Origin: Patescibacteria group bacterium
GTDB lineage: Bacteria > Patescibacteriota > Patescibacteriia > 2-12-FULL-57-11
DNA length: 64,000 bases
Assembly (NCBI GenBank): GCA_004297205.1
Contig: SCUL01000002.1
Span: forward strand, 658,893-722,892
Reading direction: 5' to 3'
Part shown: positions 1-10,093 of the stretch, one piece after another
How positions within the stretch are numbered: position 1 is the stretch's first letter
Layout of the letters: every line of letters begins with the position of its first letter
Made by a program: the position numbers and the translations under genes
Notes under the pieces: model-generated
The model's input: the letters and a program-made list of their open reading frames with translations, nothing else
What the model was told of the DNA's origin: nothing
Database searches by the model: none

Positions 1-1245
1 TTCGATGCCGGAGCGGGCGCGGACAGCGTGGACATCGCCTTGCCGCGCACCGAATCGCCGATGAAGACCGGCGGCTACCGGGACGTCATCGTGAAGAGCC
101 GCGCGGACCTGCCGATCGCGGAGGACCTCGGCCGGCGCGACTTCACCATCAACGCCATGGCCTGGTCGCTCAAGGATGGACGGCTGGTCGATCCCTGGAA
201 GGGGATGGCCGATCTTTCGGCGCGCCGTGTGCGCGCCGTCCGCAACCCGGAGGAACGCTTCCGCGAGGATTACACGCGCATGCTGCGGGCCTTGCGTTTC
301 GCCGTGGAGCTCGATGCGACGATCGTCCCGGCGACCTGGAACGCCATCAAGAAGAACGCCAAGCAGCTCGTGGCCGAACGCGGCGGCAGGCCGGTCGTGG
401 CGCGCGAGCTCGTGGCCAAGGAATTCCTGAAGTCGTTGGCCGCGCATCCGGCCGCGGCCATCCGGCTGTGGGACAAGGCAGGCGCGCTCGACGTGCTGAT
501 GCCCGAAGCGATCGCCATGAAGGGTTGCGCCCAGCCCAGGAATTTCCATACCGAGGGCGACGTCTGGCGGCACGCCCTCCTCGCGGTTGAAATGCTCGAA
601 ACGCCGAAGTTCCGGCGCGAACACGCCTCCGGCTGGAACGCCGAAGTCGCGCTCGCCACGTTCCTGCATGACGTCGCAAAGCCCCGCTGCCAGAAGACGC
701 CGGCCAAGGACAAGGTCGAGCGCATCTGCTTTCCGGGGCATGACGCGGTCGGCGCAGAGATGGCCGCGGCGATCATCGACCGGCTGGCGCTCGCGAGCTT
801 CAAGGCGCAGGACATCGACGTCGACCGGGAGCGCGTCGCGTTCGCCGTCCGCCACCATCTGCTGGCGGTGCACGGCAAACCCAAAGAGATGCTGGCCACG
901 ACCATCGAGAAGCACTTTTTCGCGCAGCCGGCCGCGGCGGAGCTGCTGCTCAAGGTGATGTTCGCCGACGGCTCGGCGACGATCGCCGCGAACGGGCGGC
1001 CGATGCTCGCCGCTTACCGCGCCCTCAAGAAACGCATCGCCGAGGTGGCAGCGGTGCGCGGCAAGCCCGGCAAGCGTCCGGCGCCGCTCCTGCGCGGGGA
1101 GGAGATCATGCGGTTGCTGAAGCTCGCGCCCGGTCCCAAGGTCGGAGAAATCGTGGCGGCGCTGCGCGAGGCCCAGCTGACGGGCACGGCGACGACGCCT
1201 GCTGCGGCGCGCGCTTGGCTGATCAAGACCTATGGCAACGGATGA
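1..1245 (+). CDS. cca: CCA tRNA nucleotidyltransferase / poly(A) polymerase family with HD domain (5' partial)
   Basis: DLGRRDFTINAMA, RFREDYTRMLRALRFA, HTEGDVWRH and LHDVAK motifs; frame is open to the window edge. Confidence 0.9.
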   Translation, partial: FDAGAGADSVDIALPRTESPMKTGGYRDVIVKSRADLPIAEDLGRRDFTINAMAWSLKDGRLVDPWKGMADLSARRVRAVRNPEERFREDYTRMLRALRFAVELDATIVPATWNAIKKNAKQLVAERGGRPVVARELVAKEFLKSLAAHPAAAIRLWDKAGALDVLMPEAIAMKGCAQPRNFHTEGDVWRHALLAVEMLETPKFRREHASGWNAEVALATFLHDVAKPRCQKTPAKDKVERICFPGHDAVGAEMAAAIIDRLALASFKAQDIDVDRERVAFAVRHHLLAVHGKPKEMLATTIEKHFFAQPAAAELLLKVMFADGSATIAANGRPMLAAYRALKKRIAEVAAVRGKPGKRPAPLLRGEEIMRLLKLAPGPKVGEIVAALREAQLTGTATTPAAARAWLIKTYGNG

Positions 1246-2167
1246 CCTGCGCGTCGAAGGCTGGGGCGGCGGCCAGCGGCTCGACGTCTACCTCTTCAAG
1301 GCCGGCCTCGCGCCGAGCCGCAGCAAGGCGCGCGCCGCCGTGGATGCCGGCGAGGTGCTGCTCGACGGCAAACGGGTCACGGCGCACGTGCTCGTGCGCG
1401 ACGGCCAGGCCCTGACCTTCGTCGCGCCCGAGGCGACGTCGAAAGTTTCCCGGGACATTCCGGCCGTCCGCGTCGTCCACGAGAGCGACGATTACTTCGT
1501 CGTGGAGAAGCCGGCCGGCGTCGTCGTCCACGGAGGGCCCGGCGTGACGGGTCCGCTTTTGACCGACGCGCTTCTCGTGCTCGACAAGAAGATCGCCAAG
1601 GTCGGCGAGAGGGATCGGCCCGGCATCGTGCACCGGCTGGACCGCGACGTCTCCGGGCTCATGGTCGTCGCCCGCACGGCGACCGCGTACAAACACTTCA
1701 CCGAGTTGTTCAGCCAACAGCAAGTGCGCAAGGTCTACACCGCGCTCGCGCACGGCGTCGTGGGGGATGAGGTCGGGGAAATCCGGCTGAAGATCGCCCG
1801 CTCCACGCGCCACGCCCGCATGGCGGCACGCCCCGAGAGCCAGGAAGGAAAGACGGCGGTCACGCACTACGAGGTGCTCGAGCGTTTCCCGAATGCCACG
1901 CTGCTGTCCGTCCGGATTCTCACCGGCCGCACGCACCAGATCCGCGCGCACCTCTACGGCATCGGGCACCCCGTCGTCGGAGATCCGCTGTACGCCTTGC
2001 GCCGCAAGACGCCGCTCACGCTCGGTCGGCCGTTTCTCCATGCCGCACAGTTGAGCTTCATTGATCCTTCCGGCGTGGATCGGACGTTCGAGAGTCCGCT
2101 GCCGCCGGAGCTCGCTGGCGTCCTGGCGGCGTTGCGGGCAAAATACCGGAAAACATCCCGCACATGA
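1232..2167 (+). CDS. RluA family pseudouridine synthase (RluD-like) with S4 domain
   Basis: RLDVYL S4 start; KPAGVVVH, GIVHRLDRDVSG and TGRTHQIRAH motifs. Confidence 0.93.
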   Translation: MATDDLRVEGWGGGQRLDVYLFKAGLAPSRSKARAAVDAGEVLLDGKRVTAHVLVRDGQALTFVAPEATSKVSRDIPAVRVVHESDDYFVVEKPAGVVVHGGPGVTGPLLTDALLVLDKKIAKVGERDRPGIVHRLDRDVSGLMVVARTATAYKHFTELFSQQQVRKVYTALAHGVVGDEVGEIRLKIARSTRHARMAARPESQEGKTAVTHYEVLERFPNATLLSVRILTGRTHQIRAHLYGIGHPVVGDPLYALRRKTPLTLGRPFLHAAQLSFIDPSGVDRTFESPLPPELAGVLAALRAKYRKTSRT

Positions 2168-2706
2168 TCATCACCCTCTCCGGCCTGCCCGGCTCCGGAA
2201 AAAGCACCGTCGCGAAGATGCTGGCCCAGAAACTCGGCTATCGGTTTTTCTCGATGGGCGATTTGCGTGGCAAGGCAGCGCTGGAGCGGGGACTCACGAT
2301 CGACGAGTTCAACGCCCTGCCGGAGAACACCGACATCATCGTCGACGACTACCAGAAGAAGCTCGGCGAGACCGAAGATGATCTCGTCATCGACGGTCGG
2401 ATTTCCTGGCACTTCATTCCAAAGAGTTTCAAAGTCTTTCTCGACGTGGACCCGGACGTCGGCGCAGATCGCATCTTCGCCGGCAAGCGCGGCGCAAACC
2501 GCGGCGATGAGCCGGAGTACCGGGACGCGGCCCATGTCCGGGAAACCCTGGCGGCGCGGGTCGCGAGCGACACGGAACGCTACAAGAAACACTACGGCAT
2601 CGACTTCGGCGACCGCTCGGTCTACGACCTGGTGATCGACACCAGCAGCCAGATACCGGAAGAGACGGCGGACGCCATTTTGGCGGCGCTGCCTGCACAG
2701 GGTTGA
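2164..2706 (+). CDS. cmk: Cytidylate kinase, archaeal-type
   Basis: IITLSGLPGSGKST P-loop; VIDGRIS; RYKKHYGID; YDLVIDTS. Confidence 0.85.
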   Translation: MIITLSGLPGSGKSTVAKMLAQKLGYRFFSMGDLRGKAALERGLTIDEFNALPENTDIIVDDYQKKLGETEDDLVIDGRISWHFIPKSFKVFLDVDPDVGADRIFAGKRGANRGDEPEYRDAAHVRETLAARVASDTERYKKHYGIDFGDRSVYDLVIDTSSQIPEETADAILAALPAQG

Positions 2707-2731
2707 CGGCCGCAAGCCCACCCCGTATAGT
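2703..2731 (+). promoter_or_regulatory. sigma70 promoter for rplS
   Basis: TTGACG-N17-TATAGT. Confidence 0.65.
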
Positions 2732-2753
2732 GCCGCCGACCTGACACATTCCT

Positions 2754-3086
2754 ATGGCAGACGTGACCAAAACCATTCCTGACCTGAAAGCCGGCATGAC
2801 GGTCGCGGTGCACACCCGCATCGTGGAGCCGAACGCCAAAGGCGAGGAAAAGGAGCGCATCCAGATTTTCGAAGGCATGATTCTCGGCATCCGCGGTGCC
2901 GGCATGTCCAAGAGCTTTACGGTCCGCAAGATGTCGCACGGCATCGGCGTGGAGCGCATCTTCCCCCTGCATTCGCCGATGATCGCCAAGATCATCCCGC
3001 TCAAACAGGCCAAGGTCCGTCGCGCCAAGCTGCGCTACCTGCGCGGCAGCAAGAAGCGTCTCAAGGAAACGGCCATCGCCTCCTAA
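2754..3086 (+). CDS. rplS: 50S ribosomal protein L19
   Basis: RIQIFEG, FTVRKMSHGIGVERIFPLHSP, KVRRAKLRYLR. Confidence 0.97.
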   Translation: MADVTKTIPDLKAGMTVAVHTRIVEPNAKGEEKERIQIFEGMILGIRGAGMSKSFTVRKMSHGIGVERIFPLHSPMIAKIIPLKQAKVRRAKLRYLRGSKKRLKETAIAS

Positions 3087-3092
3087 GGCAAC

Positions 3093-3120
3093 AAAACCCC
3101 CGGCATGTGCCGGGGGTTTT
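3093..3120. terminator. Bidirectional rho-independent terminator
   Basis: AAAACCCCCGGCA-TG-TGCCGGGGGTTTT between convergent genes. Confidence 0.85.
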
Positions 3121-3148
3121 CGATACCGCGCGTGCCGAAGTGCTGCGC

Positions 3149-4501
3149 TCAGGCGCGGCCTTGATCGCGGTCAATGGTGGGAGCGGCGTCCCGCTCGACG
3201 GTCGGTGAGTAGTCGCTCGAAGAGGAGATCGGCGCGCCGAAGACGTAGTTGCCGAAGAGGACGTCGGAGAGGTCGTCGACGAGCGTCGCCCACTGCGCGC
3301 CGTAGATCTCGGCCGCAATCTGTTCGTTCGGGAGCGCGCGGAGCTCGCCGCCCAAGGAAATCGCGTAGACGGTCGGGACGGACATGAATTTCACGAGGCG
3401 CACGCCCGGTCGGTAGCGTACGTTCGCGCCCAGGGGGATCGCCGCCATCTGGCTGATGGTGACCGTCTGGACCGAGGAGAAATCGGCGTACCAGGTGTAG
3501 TAGATGCTCGGCGTCGGGAAGGGATGCCGTTTGCCGTCCGATCCCACATAGTAGACGGCCGAGTCGGCTTGGGTCTCCGGGTTGTGATCGTCGGGAATCT
3601 TGATGAGCGAGCCGGCCGGCAGCGCGCCGCTCGATTCCGGCGTTGTGAACGTGGCATCGGTGGTGACGGTTTCGTTGCCGGCCTGGTCGCGCGCCCGGAT
3701 GCGGTAGTGGTAGAGCGAGTTCGAAGCGAGCGGGAAGAGGAGCACGCGATGGGTGCGCGCCGTCGAGGTCGTCGAGATGCTGCGGCCGTAGCTGGTGTCG
3801 AGGCCGAAGTCCACCGTCACGGTGGCGTCTTCGTCCGTGGAGAAAACAACCTCGGCACTCGTCAGATTCACGTTTTCGACGCGGCGCTCCGAGACCACCG
3901 GTCCGGCGGTGTCGGTGGGAGGCGTGAAGGTCACCACGAGTTCGGCAGGCTGCGCCGATTCGCGTGCGCCGTAGCCCCAGGTGAAGGCCGCGCCCGTTTC
4001 GCGCGAGGCGATCATCATGCCGGTCGAGGTTGCCGGGGCGTTCACCATCTCTTGCAGGAGCGCGGTGATGTCGAGGGTCTGGGTGAGTTCATTGTGCGTG
4101 ACCAGGATCTCGGGGAGCGTCGTGCCGACGGTCGGCATGGTGTTCCAGGTGACCGCGGTTTCTTCCCAGGCGGACGTCGTGCCGGAGACGAACAACGGCA
4201 GGGTGGTCCCACCCGACGTCGTGCGCAGGTGCAGGGACAGGTTGGCGTCCGAAACGACGGAGCCGACCGGAATCTGCGACAGGTCGTACCGGAGAAGCAG
4301 ACGGCTGCGCGTGGGCGGGGTGCCGAGGACGAGGAAGAGGTTGTCCTGGGTGCCCCAGTTTCCCGCAGGGGTGCCGGCATTCACGTAGGTGTCGGCGACG
4401 GGCAGAAGCGTCAGGGTGACGCTCTGGGCGGCCGCGGCCGGTGCGGGCGATGCGGCGGCCAAAAGAATGAGCGGAAGCAGGGAGCTGAGGAGTCTGCGCA
4501 T
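3149..4501 (-). CDS. Secreted surface protein: DNRLRE-type domain, fibronectin III-like domain and CPR-type C-terminal domain
   Basis: Signal peptide MRRLLSSLLPLILLAA; ADTYV...SRLLLRYDLS; YHYRIRARDQAGN; VYYVGSDGKRHPFPTPSIYYTWYADFS. Confidence 0.75.
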   Translation of the reverse strand: MRRLLSSLLPLILLAAASPAPAAAAQSVTLTLLPVADTYVNAGTPAGNWGTQDNLFLVLGTPPTRSRLLLRYDLSQIPVGSVVSDANLSLHLRTTSGGTTLPLFVSGTTSAWEETAVTWNTMPTVGTTLPEILVTHNELTQTLDITALLQEMVNAPATSTGMMIASRETGAAFTWGYGARESAQPAELVVTFTPPTDTAGPVVSERRVENVNLTSAEVVFSTDEDATVTVDFGLDTSYGRSISTTSTARTHRVLLFPLASNSLYHYRIRARDQAGNETVTTDATFTTPESSGALPAGSLIKIPDDHNPETQADSAVYYVGSDGKRHPFPTPSIYYTWYADFSSVQTVTISQMAAIPLGANVRYRPGVRLVKFMSVPTVYAISLGGELRALPNEQIAAEIYGAQWATLVDDLSDVLFGNYVFGAPISSSSDYSPTVERDAAPTIDRDQGRA

Positions 4502-4554
4502 AACGGAATCAAAATATGCTATCCCTGATAGGATAGCATATTTTCTCGGGATGT

Positions 4555-7446
4555 TTAGAGGACGCGCTTGAGGAGTTGGCCGGTGACCGAGGCCTTGTTT
4601 TTGGCGATCTCCGCCGGCGTCCCGACGGCCACCACTTCGCCGCCGCGCGCCCCGCCCTCCGGACCCATGTCCACGACCCAGTCCGCCGCGCGGATGACTT
4701 CCAGGTTGTGCTCGATGATGAGCACGGTATTGCCTTTGTTGACGAGCTCGTGGAGCACGCCGAGCAACCGCCCGATGTCCTCGAAGTGGAGCCCGGTCGT
4801 CGGTTCGTCCAGGATGTAGAGGGTGCGGCCCGTGGCCCGCCGGCTGAGTTCGGTTGCCAGCTTCACGCGCTGCGCTTCGCCGCCGGAGAGCGTCGTCGCC
4901 GGCTGGCCGAGTCGGATGTAGCCCAGCCCCACTTCGTAGAGCAGTCCCAGCTTGTCGGCGATGGCCGGCTGGTCCGCGAAGAAGTTCCGCGCTTCGGCCA
5001 CGGTCAGCTCCAGGACGTCGGCGATGTTCTTGCCCTTGTAATGCACTTCGAGCGCTTCGGCGTTGTAGCGTTTGCCGTGGCACTCCTTGCACTCCATGTA
5101 GACGTCCGGCAGGAACTGCATGTCGATCTCCACGTAACCTTCCCCGGCGCAGGCCTCGCAGCGGCCGCCACCCTTCACGTTGAAGCTGAATTTTCCAGCG
5201 TCGAATTTGCGGAGCTTCGCTTCCTGCGTTTCCGTGAACAGGTCGCGGATGGCGGTGAAGACGCCGGTGTAGGTGGCCGGGTTCGAGCGCGGCGTGCGTC
5301 CGATCGGCGTCTGGTCGATGGCGATGACCTTGTCGAGGTGCTCGATGCCTTTGATCGACTTGTGCGCGCCGGGAAGCACTTTGGCGCCGGCGTATTCGGC
5401 CGAGAGCGCCTTGGCCAGGATGTCGATGACGAGCGTCGACTTGCCGGAGCCGGAGACGCCGGTCACGCACACCAAGGTGCCGAGCGGAATGCCCACGTCG
5501 ATGTTCTTGAGGTTGAATTCGGTCGCGCCTTTGACGGTCAGCGTCTTGCCCGTGCCTTTGCGGTATTTGGCGGGCGACGGGATGCGCTTTTTGCCGGAGA
5601 GGTAGGCGCCGGTCAGCGATTCCGGGTCCTTGGTGATGGCGGCGGGCGTCCCCTCGGCGATGATTTCGCCGCCGTATTCGCCGGCGCCGGGGCCGACGTC
5701 GATCACCCAGTCCGCGGCCCTGATGATGGCCTCGTCATGTTCGACGACGATCACGGTGTTGCCGCTGTCGCGCAGCTCCTCCATGGTGGCGATGAGTTTT
5801 TCGTTGTCGCGGCCGTGCAGCCCGATCGACGGTTCGTCCAGGATGTAGATGACGCCGGAGAGCTGGGTGCCGAGCTGGGTGGCCAGGCGCACGCGCTGCG
5901 CTTCGCCGCCGGAGAGCGTGTTGGCCGAACGGTCGAGGGTCAGGTAGCCGACGCCGACGTCGATCAGGTGCCCGAGGCGGACGCGGATTTCTTTGAGCAT
6001 CTGCCGGGCGATCCTCATCTGCTCCTCGGTCAAAAGCGAGCCGACCGTTTGGACGTGGCCGTTGCCGTTCTTCTTGCCGCTCGCTTTGCCGTTGCCGTTT
6101 TTTTCCGCGAACAAGGCCACGGCGTCGGACACGGGCAGGGCCACGAGGTCGGCGATCCCGAACGGGCCGATCTTGACGGCCAGCGCTTCCGGACGCAGCC
6201 GCTTGCCGCGGCAGCTCGGGCATTCCAGCACGCGCATGTAGGTCTCGATTTCCTTGCGCAGGTAATCGGAGTCCGTCTCTTTGAACTTCTGTTCAAGGCC
6301 GGGAATGACGCCCTCATAGGTCAGCGTCTTCGCGCCGACCGTGTAGGTCTCGTCACCCGTGCCGTAGAGGATGGTGTTCAGGACCGCCTCGGACAGATCG
6401 GCGACCGGCGTGTCGATGGAAAAGCCGTGGGTCGCCCCGACCGCGCGCACCAGGTCGAGCTGGGCATTCTGGTTGCCGGCAATGCGCGTCCAGGGCTTGA
6501 TGGCGCCCTGGGCGATGGTCAGCCGCGGGTTGGGGATGACGAGCGACGGTTCGACTTTGAGCGTCGAGCCCAGGCCCGTGCATTCCGGGCAGGCGCCGTG
6601 CGGGCTGTTGAAGGAGAACAGGCGCGGTTCGAGCGGCGGCAGGGAAATGCCGCAGCTCCGACAAGCGAACTCTTCGCTCAGGAGCTGATCCTCGCCGCCG
6701 GCCTTGGCCAGGATCAGGAAGCTGTTGCCGAGCTCGAGTCCCTTGACGACCTGTTTTTTGAGCTCCTCGGGCTTGGCCGAGGCGCCGCGCGGCAGACGCG
6801 CCACGAGCACGCTGATGGAGTGCTTCTTTTGCTTGTCGAGCCGGCGGTCCTGCGCCTCTTCGATGGAGATGAAGTCGCCGTCGAGCCGGACGTCCTTGTA
6901 GCCGCCTTTCTCCAGTTCCGCGAGTTCGTGCCGGTGCTCGCCGCGCGCGTCGCGAATGATCGGCGCGAACACGAAGGCCTCCGCACCCTGGGCGGCGGAG
7001 TGGACGATGTCGACGATCTCATCCACCGTCTGGCGGTGCACCGCAGCATTACAGCGCGGGCAGTGCGGCGTGCCGGCACGCGCGAACAGCAGCCGGAGAT
7101 AGTCGTACATTTCGGTGATGGTCCCGACCGTGGAGCGCGGGTTCTGGGAGACGGTGCGCTGGTCGATGGCGATGGTCGGGGAGAGGCCGGTGATCTCGTC
7201 CACGTCCGGACGGCTCTGCAGTTCCAGGAACTGCCGGGCGTAGGAGGACAGCGATTCCATGTAGCGGCGCTGCCCCTCGGCGAAGATGGTGTCGAAGGCC
7301 AGCGACGACTTGCCGGAACCGGACAGTCCCGTGACAACAACAAGCGCGTTCTTCGGGATGTCGACCGAGACGTTTTTCAGGTTGTGCACGCGCGCGCCGC
7401 GGACGGCGATCACCTGCTTCGGGGCCGGAGAGTGCGGGCTCGGCAT
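4555..7446 (-). CDS. uvrA: Excinuclease ABC subunit A
   Basis: [10 protein letters not shown], two Walker A motifs ([16 protein letters not shown]), two LSGGEAQR signatures, zinc fingers. Confidence 0.98.
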   Translation of the reverse strand: MPSPHSPAPKQVIAVRGARVHNLKNVSVDIPKNALVVVTGLSGSGKSSLAFDTIFAEGQRRYMESLSSYARQFLELQSRPDVDEITGLSPTIAIDQRTVSQNPRSTVGTITEMYDYLRLLFARAGTPHCPRCNAAVHRQTVDEIVDIVHSAAQGAEAFVFAPIIRDARGEHRHELAELEKGGYKDVRLDGDFISIEEAQDRRLDKQKKHSISVLVARLPRGASAKPEELKKQVVKGLELGNSFLILAKAGGEDQLLSEEFACRSCGISLPPLEPRLFSFNSPHGACPECTGLGSTLKVEPSLVIPNPRLTIAQGAIKPWTRIAGNQNAQLDLVRAVGATHGFSIDTPVADLSEAVLNTILYGTGDETYTVGAKTLTYEGVIPGLEQKFKETDSDYLRKEIETYMRVLECPSCRGKRLRPEALAVKIGPFGIADLVALPVSDAVALFAEKNGNGKASGKKNGNGHVQTVGSLLTEEQMRIARQMLKEIRVRLGHLIDVGVGYLTLDRSANTLSGGEAQRVRLATQLGTQLSGVIYILDEPSIGLHGRDNEKLIATMEELRDSGNTVIVVEHDEAIIRAADWVIDVGPGAGEYGGEIIAEGTPAAITKDPESLTGAYLSGKKRIPSPAKYRKGTGKTLTVKGATEFNLKNIDVGIPLGTLVCVTGVSGSGKSTLVIDILAKALSAEYAGAKVLPGAHKSIKGIEHLDKVIAIDQTPIGRTPRSNPATYTGVFTAIRDLFTETQEAKLRKFDAGKFSFNVKGGGRCEACAGEGYVEIDMQFLPDVYMECKECHGKRYNAEALEVHYKGKNIADVLELTVAEARNFFADQPAIADKLGLLYEVGLGYIRLGQPATTLSGGEAQRVKLATELSRRATGRTLYILDEPTTGLHFEDIGRLLGVLHELVNKGNTVLIIEHNLEVIRAADWVVDMGPEGGARGGEVVAVGTPAEIAKNKASVTGQLLKRVL

Positions 7447-7526
7447 GAGCGGGGGCGGGCAAAAATCAATCGCACGGCAGCATACATGCGCCGTGCGATG
7501 TTGGCAAGTGTGGCGGGGTGAAGCGG

Positions 7527-9038
7527 CTATCGGGCGCCTTCCATGCAATCCCAGAGGTCGCCGGAGATGGAGGCGATGACGGTTGCAACCAGGCTTCCCG
7601 GACTGCCGACCGGTCCGAGCGTCGACAAGGAACTACCCAGGGTTGTTGGTACGGCGTGACAGCCTGAGGGAATATCGCAGGGATTGTCACGACAGCCGTT
7701 CGGGAAGTTGGGAGCCGCTCGTAATGGATTGATCAGTACCGAGCCGCCACCGTACTGGTCTATTATCATTTCCTCCATGCGCAGCGTCGTGCTGCCGTGC
7801 CGCATCATGAGTTGCGCGTCATAATCGCCGCAGCTGCGGACGGCACTGCAATCGATCGTGGCAAGTGCGCAGACATCGAGTATTGCGTCGAATCTGCTGT
7901 CCTGGGCGTAGACGCAGTCCTTGTGCGTGCTCCCGGTGCTGATCGGTCGGAATCGTCGGCATGCGGCGTCATTTTCGGAGAGGCCCCAGTCGCTCAGATT
8001 TTCTTGTGTGATCGTCGGACAGGCCACGCAACCGTAGCCGCTTCTGCCGCGCAGCACGCAGGCTTCGTTTTCGCCGCTGCACACCCCCCACGTGCAGGTG
8101 TTGGTTGCCAGCCGGGTTCCATCCTGTCGCGCCACAGTTCCGTCTTCTCCGCAGCGCCCGGAGGTGGGCGTGACGGTGAACGTCGCACGGTCGAAGTCTT
8201 CGCATTTGTTCGCGGTGAGCGTCTCCACGGTTTGGATTTCCGGCACGATGATGTTGCGCAGCGTCACCAGATCCGGGTTGATCGTCTGGAGGAGCGTGAA
8301 TGAACCGAGCAGGAGCAGCAGGCCGAGAATGGCGTTGGTGATCCGGCCGCGCGCTGCGCCGACGGCCGAGGGGTTGCCGCGGGCCGTCATGTACTGGAAG
8401 CCGCCGACCACGACCATGACCATGGCGAGCGTCACCCCGACGCCGAGTCCGTAGCGGTAGAGGGCCGTGACGTAGGAGGGGATGTCCACGGCCGAGGCGT
8501 AGCTGCCGATGGTCACTTCGAGCGGAACGGGTCCGGCCGCGGGCTCCGGTTCCCCGCCGCTCGTTGTGGGACCGCCGGTCGGCGCCTCGCCCGCGACCGT
8601 GACCGTGACGGAGGCGCTTTCCGTGATCTGCCGGTCGTCCAGAAGCACGCGGCCGCGGAAGAGGTAGGTGCCCGGGGAGGACGGCGCCGGGATGTTGAAG
8701 TCCCAGTTGTCATCCGTCGCATCGCGGAATTCGGGGTTCGGGATCAGGTCCCAGGTCGGCGTTCGGCGGACGACGGAGTCGATGCTGTTGTAGGTCTGGC
8801 GCGTCTCGCCGACGAGGATCACGCTCGGGTCCGTCACCCCCTCGCCGTCGCACGGCGCGGTGAAGCGGAACTTGAAAGTGAAGCGCAGGGTGCTCCCCGG
8901 CGCCACGTCCGTTTTTGGGTTGACGTCGAACCGGACGGCCCCGGGCGTTTCGTCGCAGGGCGCGGCCAGGACCGGCGCCGGGAGGACCGCGGCGAGGACG
9001 AAGATGAGCGCGGCGAGGAGCGCGGGAGCGCGGCGCAT
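7527..9038 (-). CDS. CPR-type pilin-domain protein with N-terminal Ig-like region and Cys-rich C-terminal domain
   Basis: Signal peptide; pilin core [29 protein letters not shown]...[12 protein letters not shown]...INPDLV; many Cys after it. Confidence 0.75.
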   Translation of the reverse strand: MRRAPALLAALIFVLAAVLPAPVLAAPCDETPGAVRFDVNPKTDVAPGSTLRFTFKFRFTAPCDGEGVTDPSVILVGETRQTYNSIDSVVRRTPTWDLIPNPEFRDATDDNWDFNIPAPSSPGTYLFRGRVLLDDRQITESASVTVTVAGEAPTGGPTTSGGEPEPAAGPVPLEVTIGSYASAVDIPSYVTALYRYGLGVGVTLAMVMVVVGGFQYMTARGNPSAVGAARGRITNAILGLLLLLGSFTLLQTINPDLVTLRNIIVPEIQTVETLTANKCEDFDRATFTVTPTSGRCGEDGTVARQDGTRLATNTCTWGVCSGENEACVLRGRSGYGCVACPTITQENLSDWGLSENDAACRRFRPISTGSTHKDCVYAQDSRFDAILDVCALATIDCSAVRSCGDYDAQLMMRHGSTTLRMEEMIIDQYGGGSVLINPLRAAPNFPNGCRDNPCDIPSGCHAVPTTLGSSLSTLGPVGSPGSLVATVIASISGDLWDCMEGAR

Positions 9039-9039
9039 A

Positions 9040-9786
9040 TCAGGAGGCGCTGCCGCCGGAGACGATCTGCCGGATGATGTCGCGCAGGATCGGGTAGGGG
9101 ATGGCGCCTTCGACGCGTGCGCCGTTGATGAAGAATGTCGGCGTTCCGCGCACGCCGGCGTCCTGCGCGTCGGCCACGTCGCGGTCGATTTCGGCGTCGG
9201 TCTCGGCGGAGGACAGGCACTGTTCGAAGCGCAGCAGGTCGAGTCCGATCTGCTGGGCGTAGAAGCTCAGGTCGTTGTCCTTGAGGGCGCCGGCGTTTTG
9301 GTACAGCTTGTCGTGCATGGCCAGGAACTTGCCCTGGAGGTCGGCGCAATTGGCGGCGCGCGCCGCGGCCCGGGCGCGCGGGTGGATGGAGTCGATGGGG
9401 AAGTCGCGGTAGATGAGGCGGACGTCGTTGGGGAATTCCGCCAGGACCTGACGCACGCTCGTAAAGGCCTCGCGCGAGAACGGGCATTCGAAGTCGGCGA
9501 ATTCCACGATCGTGATTTTGGCGTCGGCCGGTCCGACGGCCGGATCGTCGGCCGTGACCACGTCGGCGACGGGCGCGGCCGGGCGTTCGCGGCTGCCCGC
9601 GAGGGTCAGGCGCGTCGGATACTGGGGCAGGTCGATGATTCCGCCGCTCGAGATCAGGCGGTAAAAGAAGAACACGCGCCAGATGAACAGGAACAGGAGG
9701 ACGGCGAGGATCGCCCCCACGGCCGTGCCGATGACGGTCAGGGGATGGTGGCGCCAGGAGCGCGCGTTTGTCTCGGCCTCGGGCAT
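9040..9786 (-). CDS. Membrane-anchored DsbA family thioredoxin-fold protein
   Basis: TM helix; IVEFADFECPFS (CxxS variant); YRDFP; GVRGTPTFFING. Confidence 0.88.
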   Translation of the reverse strand: MPEAETNARSWRHHPLTVIGTAVGAILAVLLFLFIWRVFFFYRLISSGGIIDLPQYPTRLTLAGSRERPAAPVADVVTADDPAVGPADAKITIVEFADFECPFSREAFTSVRQVLAEFPNDVRLIYRDFPIDSIHPRARAAARAANCADLQGKFLAMHDKLYQNAGALKDNDLSFYAQQIGLDLLRFEQCLSSAETDAEIDRDVADAQDAGVRGTPTFFINGARVEGAIPYPILRDIIRQIVSGGSAS

Positions 9787-9858
9787 AGGTGCGCCGCCAG
9801 TATACCATTGACCAGCCGCTGCGGCCCGTGATAGATTCGGATGGATCCCTGATTGTCT

Positions 9859-10080
9859 ATGTTGCAAACGGTGTTTTCCGTGGTTCTGATCGTGCTGTCG
9901 GCGCTGCTCATCGGCGCCATTCTTTTGCAGGCCCGCGGTGCGGGCCTGGGCGCCGCCTTTGGCGGCGAAGGCAACGTCTTCCGCACCAAACGCGGGGTGG
10001 AGCGGGTGCTCTTCCGTGCCACGATCGTGATTTCCATTCTCTTCTTCGGCACGGCCCTGGCAAGCGCGGTGCTCTCTTGA
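9859..10080 (+). CDS. secG: Preprotein translocase subunit SecG
   Basis: Two TM helices around ILLQARGAGLGAAFGG; TKRGVE. Confidence 0.93.
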   Translation: MLQTVFSVVLIVLSALLIGAILLQARGAGLGAAFGGEGNVFRTKRGVERVLFRATIVISILFFGTALASAVLS

Positions 10081-10093
10081 GCGCGCACACCTT

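Noticed and set aside
6055-6105. KNGNG duplicated insert in UvrA
   Set aside because: Short low-complexity loop insertion in a variable region; no intein or mobile signature.
4576-7521. Long antisense and alternate-frame ORFs (also 60288-63035, 53271-56075, 40820-43489, 30051-32276)
   Set aside because: Shadows of real high-GC genes on the opposite strand; no recognisable motifs.
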